A DNA stretch of 54,898 nucleotides, taken from the NCBI RefSeq assembly GCF_001194135.2, contig NC_068984.1, positions 47,226,571 through 47,281,468 of the forward strand. Direction: 5' to 3'. Both the position numbers and the translations under genes were made by a program. Numbering within the stretch: the stretch's first letter is position 1; each line of letters begins with the position of its first letter. Below are positions 36,660-46,989 of this stretch, piece by piece. A model generated the notes under the pieces. That model searched no databases. It was not told where the DNA came from and worked only from the letters and a program-made list of their open reading frames with translations. This stretch comes from Octopus bimaculoides (Eukaryota).

Positions 36660-37520
36660 CGGAGTAACATATGAACAGTCGAGAACAAAGGAAGGCTATG
36701 CGCAGTATATCGCAATACGTCTCAGACTAAACAGAAAGGAAAAGAATTTCTATCGGCAAAAAGATACAGATCAGAGCGTATGCTTCCAGACTAAACTGAA
36801 CTTTGTTTAAGAAACAAGGCAAGACATCGGCTTTGGGGGGATGTGCTTCTCAATTCGGATATATCCGAATTATTTTCACTCAGACAGCCTAGTTCAGAAG
36901 CGCTAAAGCGTCCCTCGAAGAACTGAAAATTCCACACTGTTACCGACTTACCTAGACCAGAGTGTGATTCGAGTATAAATCTCAAACATTCCTCAAGAAC
37001 TAGACTTCTAGAGGAATAGTGGAAGGTAGAAGGAGATAGTGGAAGGTAGAAAGCTTTGATGCTACAACTATGGAAACACTAAACACCGCAAGGCTTTCTT
37101 CCCCAAATAACAAAAGGTAACAACAGAAAGAAGGCCTGCACTACTGATAACGGCACAACATTGCAACAATAGGATAGAACCGAAGCATTAGTGTTTGCAG
37201 CACCATCTACAATACTGGAATCAGTACCTACAGCAACAACACCAGCAGTGGAAACAAGAAAAGACAACAACTAAAGAAACACTGCCCTCAAGGGTAACCA
37301 CATCAACAAGAACATCAGTAACTGAAAGCCCCAAACAAAAAGAACAAAGCAAAAGGATGCTGAACCCATAACATGCCCCTCCCGTCCCACTTGGAACAAC
37401 TCAGACATGTCGTGTGTTGAAGAAGACGGTGATGGGCCGAAACGGCAAACATTCGCTAATGGAAGGAAGGAAAAAGAAACAAAACCACACCAACACAAAA
37501 ACTGGAAGATATGAACAAAT
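36660..37520 (+). mobile_element. L1/Tx1-like ORF1 remnant with no ORF2 detected
   Basis: LLPTYLDQSVIRV*ISNIPQEL (~36945-37010) and zinc knuckle VEGRKL*CYNYGNTKHRKAFFP (37039-37104), followed by a T/P-rich low-complexity tail. The layout matches ORF1 at 24060-25097. Confidence 0.75.
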
Positions 37521-38339
37521 GGCAGAAATGTTTTGAGCAACGTTTTGAGGGAGGACAATAGGAAAGATACATTTGCCCTAGTTTTCAGGGTGACCATGGT
37601 TTTGTGGGACTTCTTCAAGCAGTACCCGAAGTTATCCCGTTTCCAGGAAATAATTTCTTGTTCGAATGTTTTTCTGCTTTGCTTTGTTTTATTTTATTTA
37701 TTTTCTTTTTTTTACATTGTTGATATTTCTTTATGTAACTATTCCATCGCCCTGTACAATGCTCGAACTTTTCGTGAAACCTAAGACGCTAATAAGGAAA
37801 ATATCATCATCATTATCATCATCATCATCATTGTCATTATTATCAGCATCATTTTCGTTGTTGTTGTTGTCATTGTTATTGCTGTTGATGTCGTTGTTGT
37901 TGTAATCATTATTTCTAAGACCATCTGATTTCCTTTATTCTCCTTGGCCATCCCCTCCTTCGACTTTGCACAAATTTCATTGCCATATACTTCTCTTGGA
38001 GATATATTCCTGTATTTCTATTGGGAAACAAGACAAAAGCACGTGTGTATACATATCCGTGTCTATGGAATGATTTCCAAAATTTCTCTGCCGCCTCCTT
38101 CAAAATCATAAAAGACGTTCACTTTACACGCATGAGCACATGCAACGTTGTTATCAAAGGAATCATATACATACATACAGAAAGATATGCGCCTCCACGT
38201 ACATATGCACTCAGACGTACGCTCACGCAAACATACTTGTTGGATAAACCTGGACAGTACGAGAAAATATAAAGTAAACTACAAAAACGGCTCATTATCC
38301 CGACCTTATCGAACAAGTCCCTTTAATGCAAAATCACCA

Positions 38340-38378
<39 letters not shown>

Positions 38379-38555
38379 TACGTAAACTCAATTCCAACAG
38401 GAGTATTAACAGGACGCAAGGAAATTTATCTAAGTCATATATAATCAAGGTGCGCAGATGCGATGTCGTGACGTCTATCTGTTTCCAAATTAGTGCAATC
38501 CGGAAGGGAATAATATACATGTACATACTCAAGCCTTAATATTCAAGCGCACATC

Positions 38556-38678
38556 AGATGGTGATCTGGCAGAATCATTTGTACGCTTTACATTCCGAGT
38601 TCAAATTTCGCCGAGGTCGACTCTGCCTTTCATCTTTTCGGGGTCGATGCAATCGACTAACCTCTTCTCCCAATTTGT
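38556..38678 (+). mobile_element. SINE family B
   Basis: ctggcagaatc...ttccgagttcaaatttcgccgaggtcgactctgcctttcatcttttcggggtcgat. Confidence 0.85.
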
Positions 38679-38765
38679 NNNNNNNNNNNNNNNNNNNNNN
38701 NNNNNNNNNNNNNNNNNNNNNNNNNNNNNNNNNNNNNNNNNNNNNNNNNNNNNNNNNNNNNNNNN

Positions 38766-38814
<49 letters not shown>

Positions 38815-39287
38815 CACTTCATTTTTATATCCAGAGCGCGTATTGATTATTATTGGCATAATGTCCTTCCCAAGACACAGCAAGATGTATAGATAGAGAC
38901 ACACACACACACAGACACACACACAGAAAAATAGAGACAGACAGAGAAAATGTAACGTGCAGGAAAGTTTTCACATGGACTGTAGTTGCCTTTCGTAAGA
39001 TATGAGTTCTTCCACAGCAAAGAGTGTCTTCTCATCCCAGGTGTACCCCTCCAAGTGCTTTTTTATTGCTTTTAAATTTTTTTTCTTTATTAGGTATTTT
39101 TTCCATTTTTATGAAGTCTGCTTCTTCGTTTCGGGCTCTGTTTGGTCCCTATTTCCATAAGTGAATATATTCGTACTGTTTGAGAGAGTTTTTTTGTGTC
39201 GTTTGGTCCTCATTGTTGCTATTGTTGTTGTCGTTCTGGCTGTGGGTGGTCCCCATAGTTTTCGCCTATGGAGACAGAATGAAAGGG

Positions 39288-39834
39288 GGATCTTTTTTAA
39301 AACGGGTGCCACATTTTTCATTAATGTTTTACGTAGTGTTTTTGGTACCGAAAGACTTTCAAACTTCGTATACTTATCTATTTTGTGTTATAGAACAGAA
39401 AAATATTTTTGTATTCGAATTTATTTCATGTAAAAAATTGTGTTATTTCGATAATTTCAACCAATCACTGACGTCCATTCAGCCGATATACATTAAGTGC
39501 CGACTACATAAACAAACGATTCTTCGTTTTATTTGCTTTTTTCATTTTAAATTTGCTTTAACCCTAACCNNNNNNNNNNGTTAGGGTTAGGGTTAATTGT
39601 TTCAGAATCGTTTGTTTATGTAGTCAGCACTTAATGTATATCGGCTGAATGGACGTCAGTGATTGGTTGAAATTACAGAAATACGACAACTTTAACATGG
39701 AATAATTTATGGATTTGTTTTTTTTTTAAGAAGACTAAGAGAAAAAGATGTTTTATATGATACATTCTACCAGTGTTCCAAGTTTCAAAGTGTTTCGTTA
39801 ATGAAAAATGTGGCCCCCGTTTTAAAAAAGATCC
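39288..39834. repeat. Fold-back element with telomere-repeat core
   Basis: Outer inverted repeat 39288-39324 / 39798-39834; inner inverted repeat 39452-39523 / 39604-39675; centre taaccctaacc-N10-gttagggttagggtt. Confidence 0.9.
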
Positions 39835-40119
39835 TGAAAGGGTTTCGAGTCGCATGGTTCGCTCCTGACAATGACGATTGAATAATTTTTTTTTTTTCCA
39901 ACTCATGACTTGTTACTGATGTCATCTTCGGACTGACAACCTATATAATTTATAATTACTGTTGTTGTTTTTATTTTTTTGATGTTGTTTTATATTCTTA
40001 CTTTTAGGCTTTTCGAAGGCGGTATACTTGGGAGAATTGTTAGCAGGCAAGACAAAATGCTTAGTGGAATTTCGTCTGTCTTTACCTTTGATTTCAAATT
40101 TTACAGGAGACGACTTTCC

Positions 40120-40235
40120 CATTCGACCTTTCGAGATCGATAAAATAAGTACCAGTCAAATTATGGAGTCCATGTAATCGACTACCCCCTCCCCTTAAAA
40201 ACTGCTGGCCTTGTGCCAAAATGTGAAACCATCAT
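40120..40235 (+). mobile_element. SINE family B 3' half
   Basis: gactttcccattcgacctttcgagatcgataaaataagtaccagtc...ctggccttgtgccaaaatgtgaaacc. Confidence 0.8.
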
Positions 40236-40416
40236 TTTAGGTTTTTCTGTGCAGAAAGTTCTTAAACACCTTTTACTGATACAGAGTTTCGATATTATTT
40301 CTTTCTTTTTGGCGTGCCCGGAGGACATTTATGGCAGTAATAATCTCGGCTGTAGGTGTAGATTTCTCAGAAAAATAGTTTAGCCTGGTGCATAAACAAT
40401 ATTTCTTCTGTAAAAA

Positions 40417-40625
40417 GGCAGCGAGCTGGCAGAAACGTTAGCACGCCGGGCGAAATGCTTAGCGGTATTTCATGTTTTTACGTTCTGAGTTCAAATTCTG
40501 TCGAGGTCGACTTTGCCTTTCACCCTTTCGGGGTTGATAAATTAAGTAACTATTGCGTACTGGGATCGATCTAATCGACTGGTTCCCTCCCAAAAAGTTT
40601 TGAACCTTGTGCCTGGAGCAGAAAC
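40417..40625 (+). mobile_element. SINE family B, full length
   Basis: aaggcagcgagctggcagaaacgttagcacgccgggcgaaatgcttagcggtattt...ccttgtgcct. Confidence 0.92.
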
Positions 40626-41144
40626 GAATATTTATTCTATAAAAAAAGATTATGGAATTCACTGATACATATCTTGCTGTCTCTTCTTCATCGCGATATG
40701 ATAATCTATATGTATTTTTATACCGACACTCCTACAGCTACTTCAGTCTATTGCCCTTGATAAGTTCTTTTTAATCGACTCCAAGAGAATGGTCGTCAGA
40801 GTTAACTGCAGCGATATTGGAACTCAGAGCGCAGAGCGCCTGAACAAATATCTGACGCTCTAACGACCTATACAGTGTCTATTCGTTAGCATTGCTTATT
40901 AAAATGTACAGGTAAAAAGCGCTTCCGGCAAAAGACACATTGTCAGTTAGAACAAAGGAATGACTACTATGGTAATGTACTGGGAAGCAACGGTACCATG
41001 TCGTATATAATTATGCATCCTCTGTTCGCCCAATAGATATCAGGTGCTTCAACAAACACGAGATTTCATGAAGACTCCTGGAGATCACATTTCTCCTTCC
41101 GGTGATCCTGCGAATGATCAAATCTTCATTGGTTTTTGGCAGAA

Positions 41145-41260
41145 TCGTTACCGCGTCGAAAAAATACCATGCAGAACTTTCTCCAACTCTTTATGCTCTG
41201 GTCTATGATTCCAGGATCGATAAAATATATTACTAGTGTTACTGAAATCTGGTATAGCAC
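41145..41260 (+). mobile_element. SINE family B, decayed
   Basis: tggcagaatcgtta...gatcgataaaatatattactagt. Confidence 0.55.
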
Positions 41261-41586
41261 TTCTTGGAAACGTGTAGCAGTGGAACTATATAGAAAATTA
41301 TTGCTGTCAATATTAGTCCTAAAATGGTAAGGAAATATATGTCTTTGGATTGGTCTGAACACACATTAATTATATCAAAGTGTTTATCTTGTGTAGAGTC
41401 ATTTTTCGACGAATAAGATAAAACTCTATATTATCTGCTGGGACATAAAATAAAAATATATTCTTGTCATTATTTAACCCCACTTCAATTTTGATCCAGT
41501 AGACACATGATAAAAGGCATTCTGAACTCTCCCATTGTGTATCAAGCACTACATAGTGTAATGTATCCTTCATTATTTAAAATGGT

Positions 41587-41740
41587 CTGAGTTCAAATTC
41601 CGCGACTTTGCCTTTCATCCTTTCGAGATTGATTAAATAAGTACCAGTTTCGCACTGGGGTCGATGTAATCGACTTAATCCTTTTGTCTGTCCTTGTTTG
41701 CCCCCTCTATGTTTAGCCCCCTGTGGGCAATAAATGAATA
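41587..41740 (+). mobile_element. SINE family B variant with alternative tail
   Basis: ctgagttcaaattccgcgactttgcctttcatcc...gtcgatgtaatcgacttaatcc...tttagccccctgtgggcaataaa. The same tail type occurs at ~560-625. Confidence 0.8.
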
Positions 41741-42477
41741 ATCTAAAATGGTAACGTGTGATTTTATGGTGGGTTAGCTGCTAATTCATGCACACTGAGC
41801 ATCTCGATAAAAGATCCATCATTGGTGCATGAGGAAAATAATAAGGAAAGCAAGAAGTATCACAAATTTCAGCCAAACACAAAAACCTCTTTTCTCCTAC
41901 TTTGGACTCACCTTTCGTAGACATGAGAAATATTTCGTTACGCTAATTATAAAGGTGCGGCGAAAAGTAAACTGACTTCATTTTACAAAGAATTGCATAG
42001 ATTAAACTTATTAGCTGTTTCTGTATCCCCTTGGCATATATTTATGTTGTATCTGTTATGTATAAAATATATATAATACAAATGATTACTTATATTTGCA
42101 TACATATGTTAGCGGACACGTGCCTGGGTGCATGAGGTGAGGATGTGGTTTATAACCGCTTAAGGGACAACTTTCTTACTTGAATGACATTGGCTAGTTG
42201 GCTGTTTATTAAAGTGCTTACTGGCTTAGAATATTCATGAATTTCAAGAAAGCACCAGCGGCATATTTTAAATATTGAAATAAGACTTTGATGATTACTG
42301 CATGATATTTGCAACTAGTGTCGTGGTTGTCATCGTCGTCGTTGTCATCGTCGTCGTTGTCATCGTCGTCGTCGACGTTGTTTATATTAAGGTTATCTGT
42401 GCTCGATTAGCCCTATGATGAGAGGCATTGCTGCCGTGAGATTTTTGTTTATTTTATTGTAATTTTGTTTCATTTAT

Positions 42478-42942
42478 GGGCGATCCTTCGATGCTACTCC
42501 ATTACAACTTCCGTTCGTTGCGCGCACGCATACTGATTACATGATCGTGTAGTGCGTTTGTTTTTCAATGACTTGAAAATATGAAAAGACAACATTAAAT
42601 AGAAACTCAAACCTTCTCCCCCTCAGATGCATACAGTTCTCAAACTTTAAACACATAAACACACTATACGATTATGTAATCAGTATAGGGAGGAGATATG
42701 CCACTGTGGAGGTGCGCTTCACAACGGAGGAGGAAGCAATAAAGCACTCTACAGAGGCATAAGGACAGAGGATCGGGTGCTCTTGCCTTCGTACTGCGGC
42801 AAACGTGTGGCCAAGGTGCGAGTGAGTAAGGTGCCATCCGAACTGAAACTTTAAACACATAAACGCACTATACGATCATGTAATCAGTATGCGTGCGCGC
42901 AACGACCGGAAGTTGTAATGGACTAGTATCGAAGGATCACCC
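42478..42942. mobile_element. MITE-like element with 82-bp TIRs containing a LINE ORF1 fragment
   Basis: TIRs at 42478-42559 / 42861-42942 (gggcgatccttcgat... / ...atcgaaggatcaccc). The insert 42687-42845 is flanked by 45-bp direct repeats 42642-42686 / 42846-42890. Confidence 0.9.
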
Positions 42943-43074
42943 AATTATGTACTGTCAGACAAAAAGTATGAGACGATGTTATTTAATATCTTTACCTGTT
43001 ACAAAACAGTAGCGTGTGATACGAAGAAGTAGTTGTTACCTCAAGCAGTCGAGTGACCAAGACTCCACTGGGTT

Positions 43075-43635
43075 TTGGCAGCATTGTTAGCACGTCGGTC
43101 GAATACCATGCAATAGTTTCTCTTGCTCTTTAACATTCAGGTTTCAAATCTTGCCGAAGTCAACTTTACCTTTCATTCTTTTGGGATTAGATAAAATAAT
43201 GAACGATCTAAGAACTGGGACCAATGGCATCGACTAGCCTTTTCTACTGTAAAGTGTGGTCGTTCTGCTCAGGAGAGAGAAACCATTGATATTACTAACA
43301 TTATTACTACTAGTAGCAGAAAGGCGGCGAGCTGGCAGAATCGTTAGCATGCTGGGCGAAATGCTTGGTGGTATTTCGTCTGTCTTTACGATTTTTTTTT
43401 TTTAGTTCAAGCACCGCCGAGGTCGACTTTGTTTTTCATCCTTTCGGGGTCGATGAATTAAGTATCAGTTGCGTACTGCGTACGAGAAATCGACTATCCC
43501 ACTCCTCCAAATTTCAAGCTTTGTACCTAGAGTAAAAAGAAGTATTATTGGAAGCAGTTAGGCAGTGAGCTTGCAGAATCGTAACCACGCTAGATAAAAT
43601 GTTGAGCAACATTTCTTCTGTTGTTATGTTCTGAA
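43075..43635 (+). mobile_element. Three consecutive SINE family B copies (43075-43290, 43320-43545, 43560-43635)
   Basis: Heads tggcagcattgttagcacg, aaggcggcgagctggcagaatcg and aggcagtgagcttgcagaatcg; the third runs into a gap. Confidence 0.85.
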
Positions 43636-43954
43636 NNNNNNNNNNNNNNNNNNNNNNNNNNNNNNNNNNNNNNNNNNNNNNNNNNNNNNNNNNNNNNNNN
43701 NNNNNNNNNNNNNNNNNNNNNNNNNNNNNNNNNNNNNNNNNNNNNNNNNNNNNNNNNNNNNNNNNNNNNNNNNNNNNNNNNNNNNNNNNNNNNNNNNNNN
43801 NNNNNNNNNNNNNNNCTGGTTAAGGTCTAGCAACTGACCAGCAAATAAAACACGCTATCTGCGGTATTAAGCAGAATATTTGTTGTAGCCCATCATGTAC
43901 GCCAAGGTAAAACATGTTAACACTTCCAATCAGTTAAGAGCAGGAGCCATGTGA

Positions 43955-44240
43955 GCAACTAAATGGTTTACTGGTTAGGGTGTTGCACTCGCGATCGCGA
44001 GATCATGGTTTCAATTCCTAGACCAGGTGGTACGTTGCGTTCTTGAGCAGAAAACACATCATCTCACGTTACTCCGTGATCACTTCGACACCTGACGTGT
44101 GGTACACCGTGCGCCTGATCAGGCAACTTCGATTTGATGAAGGGCGTGCATTAATGTAAAGCACACACACTTGGTCAGTATGAACAATCTGTGCAGTTCG
44201 TTCGACAAAAGATGAACACTCAAACGTCTTCTTCGACGGG
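43955..44240 (+). mobile_element. tRNA-derived SINE family E
   Basis: Head ctggttagggtgttgcactcgcgatcgcgagatcatggtttcaattcctagacc. A related head lies on the minus strand at ~53645-53745. Confidence 0.7.
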
Positions 44241-44288
44241 AAAGTTCGTCGTCGTCGTTGTCGTTGTTGTTGTTGTTGTTGTTGTTGA

Positions 44289-44430
44289 GGCAGCGAGCTG
44301 GCAGAATCGTTAACATGCCGCGCGAAATGATTAGCGGTATTTCGTCTGCCTCTAAATTCCGAGTTCAAATTCCGCCTAGGCCGACTTTGCCGTTCATCCT
44401 TTCGAGGTCGATAAATTAAGTACCAGTGAA
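44289..44430 (+). mobile_element. SINE family B
   Basis: ggcagcgagctggcagaatcgttaacatgccg...gtcgataaattaagtaccagt, inserted next to (GTT)n. Confidence 0.9.
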
Positions 44431-44565
44431 GCACGTTAAAAATAATTATTTCAATCACACACACACACACACCTGCACAAATATATACATATAGAGACTT
44501 ATTGGAGTAAATAATTATTGCCTGAGTGTATCGAGAATATAAAACATCTGCAGTTGAAAGGTATA

Positions 44566-45138
44566 CTCTTTTACTCTTTTACATTTTTACTTGTTTCAGT
44601 CATTTGACTGCGGCCNNNNNNNNNNNNNNNNNNNNNNNNNNNNNNNNNNNNNNNNNNNNNNNNNNNNNNNNNNNNNNNNNNNNNNNNNNNNNNNNNNNNN
44701 NNNNNNNNNNNNNNNNNNNNNNNNNNNNNNNNNNNNNNNNNNNNNNNNNNNNNNNNNNNNNNNNNNNNNNNNNNNNNNNNNNNNNNNNNNNNNNNNNNNN
44801 NNNNNNNNNNNNNNNNNNNNNNNNNNNNNNNNNNNNNNNNNNNNNNNNNNNNNNNNNNNNNNNNNNNNNNNNNNNNNNNNNNNNNNNNNNNNNNNNNNNN
44901 NNNNNNNNNNNNNNNNNNNNNNNNNNNNNNNNNNNNNNNNNNNATATATATATATATATATACATACATATATACGACGGACTTCTTTCAGAGTCTGTCT
45001 ACCAAATCCACTCACAAGCCTTTGGTCGGCTCGAGGCTATACTAGAAGACACTTGCCCAAGTTGCCACGCGGTAGGACTGAACCCAGAACCATGTGGTTG
45101 GTAAGCAAGCTACTTACCACACAGCGACTCCTGCGCCT
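44566..45138 (-). mobile_element. SINE family A with internal microsatellite and gap
   Basis: Matches 1478-1939 on both sides of the gap. Confidence 0.9.
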
Positions 45139-46340
45139 ATAAATCTATTATAAATTCGGTAATAAAAGAATTATTAAACTCAAAACTTGGTTTTGTACCT
45201 TATTTATATATAAAATACTACAATTAGCCATCATTTTTGACGGCACGGGGTCACCTAATTATTATTATAATTAGCATTATCACCATCATCATCATGGCTT
45301 TGTCAGAGGAAAAATACCAGCACCCCTTCCAGGGTTTCCGTGACTGGGACGAGGAAAAGACCCGTGCCGAATGCTTGCAACACAGCAAACTCTACTAAAG
45401 CTACACACGAACAAGGTGGTAAGTCTTAAACAGAATGATATATTACATTTAGTGTTGTCGGCGGTGGTGGCAATGCTGATGGCAGTTGTGGTTGCAGATG
45501 GGTTGTTGATACTCGTACTGCTACTTGTGTTGTTATTACTGTGCTACTTAACTGTTCCAAACTTTGTCTGAAGTATGATGTTGAATGTTGATGCTGTTGT
45601 AGTTGCTGTGGTATATGAACTGTATTATATTTCTAGCTGGGTTTTATTTTAAGATTTGTTTTTGTACTATCGTTGTTGCTGCTATTTTGGTTGTTGGACT
45701 TGCTGTTGTTGCTGCTGTTGTCTAACTGTTATTGTTACTGTCGAACAATTGTTAATTTTTAAGTCAATATTATCGTTATAATTCTTCTAATTACTACTGT
45801 TGTTTCTTTTGTTATTATTGATTGTGTTCGTTAATTTTTAATTACTGTCTGCAGCGAGTGGCGAGCTTCTGCAAAGTAAGAATTAAACATTCAAAAACAA
45901 GACATCTGGCTAATTGACGAAAATTCACTTACCCACACACTACAACCACCAGTATACAAGTGGGTGGTTTCCTGTTTGTGTCCTTTATACCAGTTCTATA
46001 ATGGCTTCTTCTTTTGTAAATTATCTAGCTATATAACACGTCAGGAAACAAGGTAAACTAATGCCATCCTAATACAATTATTTTTAATCATTTTTGTATT
46101 GTTTCTTTTATCGCAAATATTAGTGAAAAACATTTTCTCTGCTTAACCTTTCGGTGAATCATTGCTCAGTTGCAAAACCCTCCGGAAGTTCTTTACTGGC
46201 TAATTTCGTTATAAGGATCAAGTTGAAGAGCCAGCGAGAAAGCTTTTATCGCAAGGTTCGGCCTGTTTGTAACTGTAACCAAATCTAACTTATGTCTAAC
46301 CCTACCGATCTGAAAACTGAACTACACATAGACTAATGTA

Positions 46341-46373
<33 letters not shown>

Positions 46374-46379
<6 letters not shown>

Positions 46380-46690
46380 TATATGAGTATATGCGTATAT
46401 ATGTACATGTATGTATATACGTTCATCCACATGTACATATAGATACATAACTGGGTACATGACGTGGCAAAAGAACATGGACAAAATGATAAACAAGGTG
46501 CAACAAACAAGCAGGCCACATAGAAACATCCCCTTCATCAGCTGCCACCATTAAAACCCCGGCGTTTCGAAGAATTAAGGCAGTNNNNNNNNNNNNNNNN
46601 NNNNNNNNNNNNNNNNNNNNNNNNNNNNNNNNNNNNNNNNAGAGGGAGAGAGATAGTAGTAGTAACAGTGGGAGGCGAAGGACGAGCAGT

Positions 46691-46722
<32 letters not shown>

Positions 46723-46989
46723 TAGTAGTGACAGGGAGAGGCGAAGAACAGTAGAGGGAAGAATGAGAGGGGGATATAGAGAAAGAGATAGAGAGAGTCG
46801 CGTTAGAAAAATAGTTAATGCGTGCGTTCTGTCGTGATACAAACAATATATGAGTATATGCATATATATGTACATGAATGTATATACGTTCATCCACATG
46901 TACATATAGATACATAACTGGGTACATGACGTGGCAAAAGAACATGGACAAAATGGTAAACAAGGTGCAACAAACAAGCAGGCCACATA
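46374..46989 (+). repeat. ~149-bp direct duplication (46374-46522 / 46841-46989) flanked by gaps
   Basis: Near-identical copies with a few substitutions; either a local duplication or an assembly or haplotype artefact. Confidence 0.85.

Noticed and set aside
39558-39594. Ancestral telomere-telomere fusion site
   Set aside because: A fusion gives (TTAGGG)n then (CCCTAA)n. Here the order is reversed and the repeats sit inside symmetric element arms.
46520-46584. Minus-strand GAAAC...CTGATGA motif suggesting a hammerhead
   Set aside because: The boxes are in the wrong order for a type I fold, the stems cannot be closed, and the adjacent gap hides the context.
46374-46989. 149-bp duplication as a biological tandem repeat
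   Set aside because: Both copies abut gaps, so an unmerged contig overlap or haplotype is at least as likely.
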